64,000 bases of DNA from Macrostomum lignano (taxonomy: Eukaryota), in NCBI GenBank assembly GCA_002269645.1, contig NIVC01001540.1:20172-84171 (forward strand), written 5' to 3'. How positions within the stretch are numbered: the stretch's first letter is position 1; every line of letters begins with the position of its first letter. Of the stretch, positions 37,101 to 48,548 are shown piece after piece. The notes beneath the pieces are model-generated. The model did not search any database. It saw nothing but the letters and a program-made list of their open reading frames with translations, and had not been told where the DNA came from. A program made the position numbers and the translations under genes.

Positions 37101-39448
37101 CCCTCTATCAGACACTAGTTCACTCCCTCTATCAGACACTAGTTCACTCCCTCTATCAGACACTAGTTCACCCCAGCACTATTACAGTACTAAACCCTAA
37201 ATGAGTTTAGTCCACTCTCAAAAGTACATCGCGCACTTTCCTATGCTTTCAGAGGACCGGCCAGCCAGCATCATCCTGAAGATGTTCATCCAACGATTCC
37301 ACTACTGGCTCATCCCCGGTGTCCTGGGCGAGGGCAGCCCGGACACCCTGTCCAAGCTGCTGACCGGTGAGCCAATCTCATCGAGTAGTCACTGTTCGAA
37401 AGTTCTCAAACAATATATTAGCGTTAATTCTCATTTCACTTGCTGTCTGTCTGAGATGCTTTCAAGTTCTTCAAATACTGCAAGAGGAGCCCGGAAATAC
37501 AGAGTGAGATTATTAACAATCCTGCTTCTTCTACACTCTAAAGTCTATTTTTAGAGCTGCAGCTCGGGCAGGGAATCCGGCACTGAAGGGAACGAAATGA
37601 GAGTCTGAGAAATGCAGAATTTTTTTCTGTTTTAGTTAAACAGATATTGCTGTTCGCGGTCGTGACTGGCAGAATTTAATAGGAAAATATTCATTGAGAT
37701 GAAGGAACTCAGAATATGAAGAATTTTTGGCTGACATTGAAATGGATTGAGATGGAATGGAATGGGATAAGATGTGGTGAGATGGGATGAGATGGGATGA
37801 GATGGGATGAGACATGATGAGATGGGATGAGATGGAGTGAGATGGGATGAGATGGAGTGAGATGGGATGACATAGGATGAGATGGGATAAGATGAAGTGA
37901 GATGGGATGAAATGGGATGAGATGGGATGAGATAGGATGAGATGGGATCAGATGGGGTGAGATGTGATGAGATGGAGTGAGATGTGATGAGATGGAGTGA
38001 GATGGGATGACATAGGATGAGATGGGATAAGATGAAGTGAGATTGGATGAAATGGGATGAAATGGGATGAAATGGGATGAGATGGGATGAGATAGGATGA
38101 GATGGAGTTAGATAAGGATAGATGGAGTGAAATACGGTGAAAAATGATGAGGTGGAGTGAGATTGGATGAGATGAAATAAGATAGGATGAGATAGGATGA
38201 GACATTGTGAGAAGGGATGCGATAGGATGAGATAGAGTTAGATGGAGGTAGATGGAGTAAGATAGGGTGAGATAGGGTGAGAACAGCCGACTTACGAATG
38301 CACAGAAGACCTGAACTCAGACACAGAAAGTCAACCACGAACAATGAAACGAAAAAGGAGATATTAGAAAAGTCAATGCAAATGCAAAAGCAGGAAATTT
38401 ACCAGAATATTTTTTAAATGTCTGCTCAAACATTTGAACAGTAAAAACACAATAAATTGGCTAAATCTTTGTTCCATCTTGAATCGAATTGCTTCAACTA
38501 TTATTGAATGTCAAAGCCTGTCGCAGAACCTTTGCAGACAGCAGCAGAACTGGATGCTCCCCCCACAACGCAGAGAAGAAGAAATAGAAAAGATCTTTCA
38601 GGTTCTTTCAGTTGCCATCCAGAAATTCATAGCATGACTCAAAAAAATAATATGTCAGGCAATCCACCAGACTGCCGCATGTGCTGAAGAAATTGATCAA
38701 AGTTGCTCAGCTACTATTCTCACGGCTATAAGGGACTTAACTGACTCTACTCATCTCACAGCTGACTTGATCTAGTCCGTTCTGATCTAATATGACTTCG
38801 CCTAAGCTATTTTGAGTCCAACTGACCCATTCTGACCCACCCTGACCCACCCTGACCCACCCTGACCCACCCTGACCCACCCTGACCCATCCTGACCCAC
38901 CCTGACCTACCCTGACTCGGCCTGACCTACTTTGACAAATCCTGCCCATCCTGACCCATCCTGACCTACCCTGACCCAGCCTGACCTATTCTGACCCATC
39001 CTCCATCCTGACCCATCCTGATCCATCCTGATCCACTCTTACCCACCCTGACCAATCCTGACCAATCCTGACGCATTCTGACCTGCCCTGACCCGGCCTG
39101 ACCTATTCTGACCCATCTTGACCTATTCTAACCTATCCTGACCCATCCTGACCCATCCTGCCCATCCTGACCCATCCTAACCCATCCTGACCCATCCTGA
39201 CCCATCCTGACCCATCCTGCCCATCCTGAACCCTCCCCACAGAGGAGCGCAGCGTGGATGACTACGCCAAGAAGGTCAACCTGACCGCCGAGCAGCGCAA
39301 CAAACTCGTCCGCACCATGGAATTCGCCCGCGACGGCCGCGTTCTCGACCTGATCCTGGACGGCATGCCCGAGGACGCCTACCGCGAGGCCTACGCCCTA
39401 TTTGGTCGCATCGTGGATAGCGGCTTCCTCGGCTCCGAGGGCATCTAA
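25197..39448 (+). CDS. Prohormone-4-like secreted protein with one LDL-receptor class A domain (5 coding exons, ~185 aa)
   Basis: Exons 25197-25203, 25301-25384, 32043-32189, 37253-37366, 39243-39448, total 558 nt, all phase-1 GT-AG. Protein: signal MSPNFVTAFAVVLCLLGSATA, then YRQLMRTGK, LDLa [44 protein letters not shown], and C-terminal ...YALFGRIVDSGFL. The CDG..DC.DGYDED..LCTA.KRP and terminal GFL pattern match the prohormone-4 family as I recall it. The 7-nt first exon is the least certain. Confidence 0.8.
25391..32010. repeat. 17-bp satellite, ~6.6 kb (~390 units), filling prohormone-4-like intron 2
   Basis: Unit ATCCCGATTCTC(C/T)CTAA. It starts immediately after the GTGAGT donor (25385-25390) and ends ~30 nt before the acceptor. 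Confidence 0.98.
32545..32890. repeat. Related 17-bp array in inverted orientation (~20 units) in intron 3
   Basis: Unit GGGATTCGGGAAGAATC. Its reverse complement GATTCTTCCCGAATCCC matches the main satellite at 14/17 and exactly matches the variant at ~31975-31990. Confidence 0.92.
33340..34170. repeat. 12-bp-based minisatellite
   Basis: Alternating ATAGAGATTGAC / ATAGAGATTTGC units. Confidence 0.93.
34735..35742. repeat. 23-bp minisatellite followed by a (CA)n-like tract
   Basis: Unit TTCACGCT(G/C)CTTCATTCT(T/C)CATG. Confidence 0.94.
36250..37170. repeat. 24-bp homogeneous minisatellite (~38 copies)
   Basis: Unit CACTAGTTCACTCCCTCTATCAGA. Confidence 0.96.
37745..38280. repeat. Purine-rich 5/10-mer repeat (GATGGGATGA-like)
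   Basis: Direct observation in prohormone-4-like intron 4. Confidence 0.9.
38820..39230. repeat. 10-bp repeat CCTGACCCA(C/T) ending just before the last acceptor
   Basis: Direct observation. Confidence 0.9.
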
Positions 39449-41879
39449 AGAGCAGATGATCAAACGGCGACAAACTTAGCGGAACAACCAGGAGAGCGCA
39501 CCCAGTGACCCGGGATTCCATCTAGCGACTCTCTTTCTCTCCCTGACTAAGGATTTAGAAACAGAAAGAAGCAATTGCTGTCTTTTAGCGCTCTTGCGAG
39601 CCCTTCAAAACACCGCCTCCCTCCACACGCCACAAAATGTAACCCTCCCGCGTTCATCTCTTTGCGTAATTGACAGACCCAAGCAGGTGCGCCGCTGTCC
39701 GACGCACAGTAAAAATACAAGCTGAACATCAATGGAATCTCTCAGCGGCTGGCCAAGCAAATCTCAGTTCGTTCTCGCCCTCGTGTGCGACTTTCCTGCG
39801 GCCGTTCATTTCCGCCTCGATGGCGACGATAGGGCGGATAATTTATGCTAATTAGCGCCCATTTATGCATGGATCTGTAGGGCCCGATGCGGACATTAAT
39901 AGCAGGCGATAAGAGATCAGGTTTCAGGCCGAGGTTGCAATGCGGGAGTAAATTTCAGAGGAGAAATCCTCCAAAAAACCCACGGCCAGGGGGGGGGCTG
40001 TCAGCCAGAGAGTGGACGAACCCCATGGGACAACTGGAGAAATGGGAAAACTACCTAGTAAGTATCGGGCCCACCTGCAGTTGCGAGCGACAGCTCGGAG
40101 GATTTCTCCGCAGTGCCTTTTTAAGCTGCAGAAGACACTCAGAGCTCATGTTCCGCTGTACTTGTATGTAGGAAGCAGCTCTATTTAGTTTTGAGATCGA
40201 GTCTAGTTTGCTTGCACTTGCTCTGCGCTTTAAAAAAAATTGACATCGAATCTCCATCTCGATGCGCGAGCGGTTTTTTTCATCTCCAAGCCCCGGCTGG
40301 ACTCCCAGCTCTCTCCAATGTGTGAGTAAAGGTGATCATCCAGAGCAATGGCTCGGTGGCCCAACTTGCACTTGCTAAACTCACCAGGTGGCTTGTCTGT
40401 GCCAATCTCGGCTCGGTAGTATTTGGATCTGCTCCAGCCTCACTCACGCGGGCCTGCCCCCCCCCCTCACTTCACCGGGGTGGTGGAGTTCAGACTCGCA
40501 TTTTAGAGACTCAGAGTTCCCAATATTCCCATTTTTCGTCCTGAGGGGGGGGGGCGGCTGTCTCCTGACGTCTGCCCGGCCTCGCTCTCGGCTCTTCCTG
40601 TGCCCGGTCAGCCAGTCTGCCGGGCACGCAACCGCCTGAGATCTCTCAACTCTCTCTCCCTCTCTCTCTCTCGTCGCCTTTCTAATTTTGATCCCAACAA
40701 CAACATGTGGCAGTGGTTGGTTTTTTGGTTAATTAAAAATTGCATAGAACGAAGGAAGAATAGGAGAGGCTGAATTCAATGAGACCTTTCTGGGGACGCC
40801 TGTTGCAGCACTATTGGTCTCTGCGGCCAGCATATTTGCTCTGCAGGCTCGTCACTTCAGCCGCAAATTGTGGCACAGGTTTCATCGGCAATTCATGAGA
40901 GTTCCGCTTGCTCAAATAGCCAGAGAGCAATCTCGACTCAAGCACACGCTGGACACTGCGCTGGGGAGTCGGAGGCAAAGTGGAGGCTGGCGCTCAGCTA
41001 GGCTGAAAGCAAAAGAAAGAACTGTTGGAGCTAAGCGGGGGTTTCAGTTCACTTGAAGCTCAGCAAAAGTTTAAGAAAGTGCTAACAGACTGCATATGAA
41101 GCAGGAATTATAGATGCTTCAAGGCGAATAGCTTTGCATCGACTTAGACAAATGCACACCTAAGTAGGGGGGTAGAAATGTATTCCCGCGGCTATTATCA
41201 TATTTAATCCTGAGCTGTTTCTTCAGGATACTAGTCCATTTGCTCGGAATTCATCAACTCTACATTTACGTACCAGATCTGAAACAAATATAAGCAAATT
41301 GATCAAAGCAGGAGTAAAGATTTCGTTGGGCATCAAATGTAGCAAACAGAATACTCGAATCTTTATGTGTGTCCGGGTCGTGTGGAGAGTCAGGCGCAGA
41401 GGCGTTTACCGCTGAACTGCTCTGCTTCCTGTCATCATGCATTTAGAAATTTGCATGCAATCGATCGTGTTCACATTAGTCTACTGTTTCTTCACAAGTA
41501 GACTAGTAAGTACCGTTTGCCAGTTATTTTCGTATAGAGCAGTCCAGTACTCGTACCAAAAAGAGCCAAGATCTGGAGGCGGACGTGACCTCGGCAACCA
41601 ACAGGCCATCGGAAAACCCACGCGTTAAGGACGCAATTAACGGGTCCGCCCTTGGTGTTTAAGCCCTGCTTCGGGATCGGCGAAGATCAGGGCGAACGCG
41701 GTGCCCATCACGCGGGCCATGGTGATTTCAATTTTATATTGTCGACACCCAAGAAGAAATCTCATTATTCAGGTAACAACCTCTAATTGAAGATGTCATT
41801 ATTAATCTAAAAATTCCTTGCCTGGGCTGCCTTTCGTTCCGTGAGGGCAGTCCTGCAGTCCGAGGCCCTTTCTGACCGC

Positions 41880-42125
41880 CAGAGGGCAGCGTTGTTCCAG
41901 GCGATGGTCGAGGCCATCTTGCTGTACAACGCTGAGACCTAAACGCTGACGGACTCGCTGAAGCAACAAGTGGATGCTGCGCACCGCCTTCAAGATCTGC
42001 GACGAGCGAGTTTCCAACGAGGCACTGCAGTATCGCCGCGCCGGCCCGGTCCGTTCAAGCGACCTGTTGCGCCGTGAGCGAATCCAGCTTGCAGGCCACA
42101 TCAGCAGCGGCGAGTTGTGCTGCCG
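41880..42125 (+). mobile_element. Degenerate RTE-like LINE fragment (C-terminal RT region)
   Basis: [29 protein letters not shown] / [40 protein letters not shown], with a stop and frameshifts. Confidence 0.75.
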
Positions 42126-42126
42126 G

Positions 42127-42407
<281 letters not shown>

Positions 42408-43083
42408 TAATGCCGTTACGAAGTTACTTATTATTCATTTCAACGCTAACGCGTTTTTCCCACTAACGGAATTATACTTTTTTAATAACGCTGTCCAACA
42501 CTGCTAACGAGTCTAAAACAAAAACAAGTCGCAAGTGCCAATCGTTTTGGCGGTCTCATTTCCGTTTGTTGGCGGTTGCACTTCCCGACAGTATAGACAA
42601 CAAATATCTATCCAAACAGGCAACTGTTCCTAACTTAAAATTCAGCAGCCACCGCAACTTTTGATAACAGGGCTGTATTGCGTTCTTCAATTTGGACAAT
42701 GAAGGGCAAACTGGTTTAGCCGAACTGAATTGAAGACTGAAGTGCTGAAAAGTTACAATGAAACTGATTGAGTAGCTAATTTGATCCGGTAACCTCGATT
42801 GTCTCGGTCTACCGATCGGTGTTACTCCGGTAGCATAGCTCTCGGCGGAGTGTTTCACCTCTGTTTGCCAACCATTATTTGTCTAGCATGTGGCATAGCC
42901 GTTTGCAGCAGGTTCATGAGGGATGCTAAATGCCACTTGCGGGTATTGGTTGGGGAAGAGATTTCAGCTGTTAGCAAATACAGAATCGTTTTACTTTTAT
43001 CCCACTCTCGCCAGCTTCCAACTGCTTTTGGCTCACCAACTCAACGAAATTGAAAGCCAGAAATTCATTAGCCGTAACTAGAC

Positions 43084-46000
43084 ATGAACATTCTTCATAT
43101 TATCACTTTTGCCGTTAGCTTCGTCACACTCCCGTCGCAGTCGACATCACAGTCTGACAAAGCTTCATTTGACGATCTGGCGATGCACCTGCTGGGTCTG
43201 CGCAACGGTTCCTACAACAGGGATGCTCGGCCACCGCCTGACAACGGGCAGGCAAATACCGTGACAGTGTTTATTCAGCTAAACAGCCTGGTGAAGGTGG
43301 TGAGCAAAAACCGTCGCTTGCTATGACGCTTCATGAATTATATAGATGAATTTTTGCAGCAGGGACCGTCTCCACGCCTTCGCCTTCCGCGACATCGTCC
43401 TAAGTACCAGTGCTGACCCTGACTTTCTAGTCGTCAGGCATGAGCACATGCTGTCACACATGACCCTGACTTTCTAGTCGTCAGGCATGAGCACATGCTG
43501 TCACACATGACCCTGACTTTCTAGTCGTCAGGCATGAGCACATGCTGTCACACGTGACCCTGACTTTCTAGTCGTCAGGCATGAGCACATGCTGTCACAC
43601 ATGACCCTGACTTTCTAGTCGTCAGGCATGAGCACATGCTGTCACTCATGACCCTGACTTTCTAATCATCAGGCATGAGCACATGCTGTCACACATGACC
43701 CTGACTTTCTAGTCATCAGGCATGAGCACATGCTGTCACACATGACCCTGACTTTCTTGTCGTCAGGCATGAGCACATGCTGTCACACATGACCCTGACT
43801 TTCTAGTCGTCAGGCATGAGCACATGCTGTCACACATGACCCTGACTTTCTAGTCGTCAGGTATGAGCACATGCTGTCACACATGACCCTGACTTTCTAG
43901 TCATCAGGCATGTACACTCTCTGTGCCTTGGTGGTTGGCCCTCATGGGAGTAAATCACACGACAACCCCCTGTAAAATTTTAGCTCCAAATTAATGTAAT
44001 TAAATACGTAATTAAACCAGGGGTCGTAGCGCAAGAGTCAGACACATTTACCTGTGACAGAACAGCGGATTTTATTTCTAGATGAAGTTCGAGCAGAGCT
44101 TCAGTACCGATGAAGTAGCTGCAGAGAGGCAATCGCAAAGTGGTACAACGTATGTGATTTGATGAATACTGTGAGGTCACTCCAGACGATTGACTTTGTC
44201 GTAGATAAAATTCATGGCGAAGGCCTAATATTGAGCGGCGTTAGATTGTAGTCATGCTTGCTCTTACCTGCTTCTCCCTAATTGAATTATAATTTTTTTC
44301 AACTCCCAGGACTCATCTGCACAAGAGATCATACTGCAACTATGGCTATCTCTGGTGAGAATAAGTTTACAATAAAACAGTCATATGTGTTCTCATACTA
44401 GCTCTGTCTATACTGCATTGCAGGAATGGCTTGACAGCCGACTGTCATGGATGGACAAAGTCAATGCCACCGCAAATTCAACTAGCTACATTCTGGTGCC
44501 GGTAGAACGAATCTGGATGCCGGATGTTGCGTTCTATGATGTGTGAGGAGGAATTGGCAGACGACATTGATAGCTGTCAAAGGCCATAGACATATTTGTA
44601 GTACGCACTTTACCATAGATAGTTTCTGCTGCTAGCGTCCGTTAAGGTGGGGGAGCGAAGCCCCCATATTCTAACCATAGACAAATTTTTGAGACGGTAA
44701 AATAAGAGCAACGAGAGAAGATCAGAATAAGAGGGAAAAGAGAGACAAATTTAGGAGACCTTTGAGAAAAATATTTCCAATTATTAAATTATCAGAAAAT
44801 GTGAGAAAACGAGATTGCCATCAGCAGAGATTGTTCTTTGTGTTCAGTGATGACGTACCTTTCGGGGTTTCACCAAACACAAGTCGAACTGGGGAGCGGA
44901 CTTGGATGTAGGGCCGGGGGCTTTCGACAAGAGGCACCAAGAGAGTCACGACACATCGAGTCTAGTTGAACTGGCCGCTGATCAACATCAAGAAATCAAG
45001 GACACAGAGGCGACAGCGGTGGTGAATTCTACCCGAGGCTCGAACTAGGCAAAATGCGGCAAAACTTGAAGATTTGTTCGAGATACCATTCGAGTTCGTG
45101 TGTCTTACGAGTACAACACATAATGCGATTGGAAAATGCCTATCTCAGTTAGCTATTTTAGTAGCATTTCACACGGAAAGCTAGCTTGATAAGTCTGTGA
45201 GTGCGCCTCGGATCAACACACATGAGGCGTATCAGAAAAGTCCAGGTGGGTGGGGTACTGGAAGGTTTCTTCAGGAATACTCCGGAGCTCCATCGTCGTG
45301 GCGCTCCTGATGACTTCTATAGGTTGGAAAAACGAGTTCCTTTGAGCACTTCCTTGAGATTCGGGAATAGAAAAAGTCGCAGGGAGCTATAGGTCGCATA
45401 GGCGACTGCTTGACCAATGTCCTGCTGAAGGAAGCAAAAGTTTTTCTGAAAATAATAGCCTTAAGCTACGGGTGTGAATGAAAAAATAGTTTCACTAAAA
45501 AAGTGTATTGTCATATTTCGCCCCCCTTGCACCTACCGAACCGCGCAGCATGGAGGTGAAAGACATCACCGCTGCAGTCGCACCAGCGCTGTTGGAACGT
45601 AGCGGCAAAGTCCTGCGCACAGTTGGTCAAGTAGTGACTCTGAAGTGCGGCATGTCAATGCTGCACTTTCCGTACGATAAGCAGGTCTGCATCATCAAAG
45701 CGGCCACGATGATGCAGCGACCGGAGAAGATCAAGCTGAATGTTGAGCCGCACGGAAAAGCTCTGGACGAAGCGCTGGTCGAGTTTCTGGTCAAGAGCAA
45801 TGAATTTTGCATTGCGAATTTGAGTCTCCGTATAGTGCCAGCTGTGGGCTACGAGTACGCTGAGTTTTTAGTGAGCTTTCAGGTAAGTTTGCCGGAGACT
45901 TTTGATTCTGTTTGCTGTCAAGTTTGCTCTTCCATATTGTTCAGGTTGGATCATTTAAGAAAGCTCTCACGACAGAAGCCAAGCTAAAAACAGAATTCAC

Positions 46001-47048
46001 TTTTTATCAACAGCGCATGTCCAAGTTTTACGTAGTGAACCTCATCCTGCCCAGCATCCTGCTGCTCGCCATTTCCGCTCTCACCTTTCGACTGCCGCCA
46101 GAGTGCGGCGAGCGAGTCTCATTCAGCGTCACCATTGTGCTGTCAATGTGCGTGTTCCTGCAGCTCACTGGCAACTACACTCCAACGCAGAGCGAGTCCG
46201 TCCCCCTACTTAGTAAGCGTGCTGGCATTTTACAGCTTACTGTTCCATTTATGCTAGGGGTCGGTACACTTTTATTCTCAAAGGCCAGATAGAGAATCTA
46301 GCGCATGGCAGGAGCGAGGAAGAGAGGAGAGACGAGTGGAGAAGAGAGAAGAGAAGGAGAGGAGACGAGAGTAGGGGAAGTAGAGGAGAAGAGAGGAGAG
46401 GAGAGGAATGGAATGGAGTGGAGGGGAGTGGAGTGGAGTGGAGTGGAGTGCAGTGGAGTGGAGTGGAGTGGAGTGCAGTGGAGTGGAGTGGAGTGGAGTG
46501 CAGTGGAGTGGAGTGGAGTGGAGTGGAGTGGAGTGGAGAAAAATAGAGAGAGAAGAGAAGAGACAAACCTTGAGCGAGCCGGAGGCATTGTGAAGTTTCA
46601 AAGGATCCGAGGGCCGGATAGAGAGGCTTTGCGGTCCGGAGTTTCTCGACCCCTGATGTGTGTCCAGGACGCTTGTATTCACAACCACAATTAAACAATT
46701 TCAGCCTGTTACTACAGCATGGCGGTTGCCTTGACAATTCTAACCGTAGTTGGCAACGCTTTCGTCCTGAGCTGTCATTATCGACAGTTCAGCGAGTCGC
46801 GCGTTCAAAGCCGAGCCATTCGCCTGCTGTTTCTCAACCGGCTGGCGCTCTGCGGAATCAGCAACGACAGAAAAACTGTCGGGCCAACTCCGGACGATCG
46901 GGGAGTTTTGGAAAACGAATTCGCGATCGTGGCATCTGCGGCAGACAGCTGCTTCTTCCTGGTCATGCTGGCTGCCACAATGTCTCTCGCCATCGCCCTC
47001 CTAGTTGTTGAAACCTCCGTCTCCAGGAGCGATTGTCTGGGTGCCTAA
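43084..47048 (+). CDS. Divergent nicotinic-acetylcholine-receptor-like Cys-loop channel subunit, paralogue 1 (6 exons, ~418 aa)
   Basis: Exons 43084-43299, 44310-44354, 44424-44542, 45549-45882, 46014-46212, 46705-47048, total 1257 nt in frame. Signal peptide, YNRDARP, WLDSRLSW, IWMPDVAFY, Cys-loop CGMSMLHFPYDKQVC (C-x13-C), M1 FYVVNLILP, M2 GERVSFSVTIVLSMCVFL, M3, M4. Confidence 0.9.
43414..43912. repeat. 47-bp palindromic minisatellite (~10.5 copies) in receptor 1 intron 1
   Basis: Unit TGACCCTGACTTTCTAGTCGTCAGGCATGAGCACATGCTGTCACACA. No spacers. Confidence 0.95.
45215..45470 (-). mobile_element. Tc1/mariner transposase C-terminal relic in receptor 1 intron 3
   Basis: The minus strand gives frameshifted QSP..IAPCDF / LFPNLKEVLKGTRFS / IEVIRSATTMELRSIPEETFQ, matching the mariner YSPDLAP(S/C)DF.LFP.LK..L.G.RF region. 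Confidence 0.75.
46310..46562. repeat. GA-rich / (GGAGT)n tract in receptor 1 intron 5
   Basis: Direct observation. Confidence 0.9.
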
Positions 47049-47866
47049 GCATCCATCCATAAGTGCATACAAGCCTATCTTTACAATTTACTCGTACTTA
47101 CTGACGGTCATAACTAAGGTCTGATTAGGGTCTGACTAAGCGCAGTCAGTGTTTGATTACATAATCAACTCGTCTGCTAACTGAGAGCTACCGGGTGAGC
47201 GACCATCTACCTTCTGGACTCTCGGGAGGGGGACTGCGCTGCGGACACCGGCACCACCGGATCTCCCTGCGCGACACCGCAGCACTAGCTGCCCGTGGTC
47301 GGCAGGGGTTAGCGGAATGGTCGGCGACGCCTCCCCACTGTACCCGGATGCCCGGAACCTCCTGAAGCTAAATCAAGTCAATTAAAGATTTAACAATCAA
47401 AAAGGCAACATCAGAATACGCAGTTTTCAATTGTTTCAGTTTTTTCCAAATAATTCTATACTATCCGAAATATTGATGGAACTAATTTTGGTGTCGAATT
47501 ACTCTCTAGTGGCGCCTCTACAAGCTCTCATTAAACCACTTTGAAGTCCATTTTCCGAGAGGTTTCGGCCGGCTCTCGGGACTGAAACTCATAACAACCT
47601 CAAAACTACATTTATGGCACACTTATTATTTTAAACCACTTTCATTTTCTGGGAGTTATCGGAATACATTTCAACTTGATTTTACTGGACATGAAAAGAC
47701 GGTATTTAATTGAGAAGAAGGAAAAGACATGAGACCATAGACATAAAAAAGATTCGCATTGTTCAGTCTGTCTCCCCCTCCTTTAACTCGGCTTTAACCC
47801 ATGACTGATCTTGAAGCAAATTCTAAGCATATTGGCAAGGAAAAATGGAAGAAAGTTACATTTTAG

Positions 47867-48115
47867 CCAACTGAAGTTGACTTCAGTGGAGACTTCGCTG
47901 GAGACTACGAACCTAATCGGCTTTCGGCAGAAGGGCTAGATCAGCGTGATCAGAATGCTAATCGCGGCAACTTGGACAACATTAGAGATCTGAACGTGAA
48001 CACAAAGTCACCGACTACTCTTAAGCGAAACAAGTGGGCCGTTGAAGTGTGTAACCGTTGGCTTCAAGAGTCGAAAATCGAGTGCAATGTGCCTATCGAA
48101 GACATGAAGACAGAG
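47867..48115 (+). mobile_element. Possible Crypton/DUF3504-like N-terminal fragment
   Basis: The open frame has an acidic stretch followed by SPTTLKRNKWAVEVCNRWL..IEDM. This resembles the T...T.WA...F..W helix upstream of Crypton-type tyrosine recombinase domains. No catalytic part was seen. Confidence 0.35.
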
Positions 48116-48548
48116 GTTGTACTAGTTTCCACTTTTGTGGAACTTTATGCAGTACGCAATATGAATAATTCGTTTCTATGGCTGGCGCTGCTCTACATGC
48201 AAGTGAAGCTGCTACTGAGTCAATAGTTACTCTTCACTTCGGAGAAACCTGCAAAACTGTTTCAGCAAATAACTATGTCATTTAATGTGAGCCTCTATAA
48301 TCTTCATGTAGCTCCCCAGCTGCTGGTCTATTGGAAGTGGAAACCGCGGTACCGGTCGAAACCCGGGCTACAATGCAAGCCATTGGTTCGCTTATCAAGT
48401 CAGGTGGCCATTTTCATCAAACTTTAGCCGTGTAAATATGCTTGGCTCTCCCCAGACTGGTGGCAAATAAGCCCATTTAGTTGAACTAAAAGCAGACAGC
48501 GGGCGACTCTTCAAGCTGCCAATTCTGACCAGTCGATTCATTACTGCG

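Noticed and set aside
36250-37170. Resemblance of CTCCCTCTATCAG to tet operator arrays (vector contamination)
   Set aside because: Only a partial half-site matches, the tetO palindrome is missing, and the array lies in a native intron.
33346-37200. ORFs of 200-400 aa (MQISMS, FILHVH, SDRGSELV repeats)
   Set aside because: Stop-free frames of the 12-, 23- and 24-bp intronic minisatellites.
39450-41800. Several 60-95-aa ORFs in the intergenic region
   Set aside because: No domain motifs, no consistent exon chain and no codon pattern like the real exons.
43414-43912. CRISPR-like array of palindromic 47-bp repeats
   Set aside because: The repeats are head-to-tail with no unique spacers, there are no cas genes, and the context is a eukaryotic intron.
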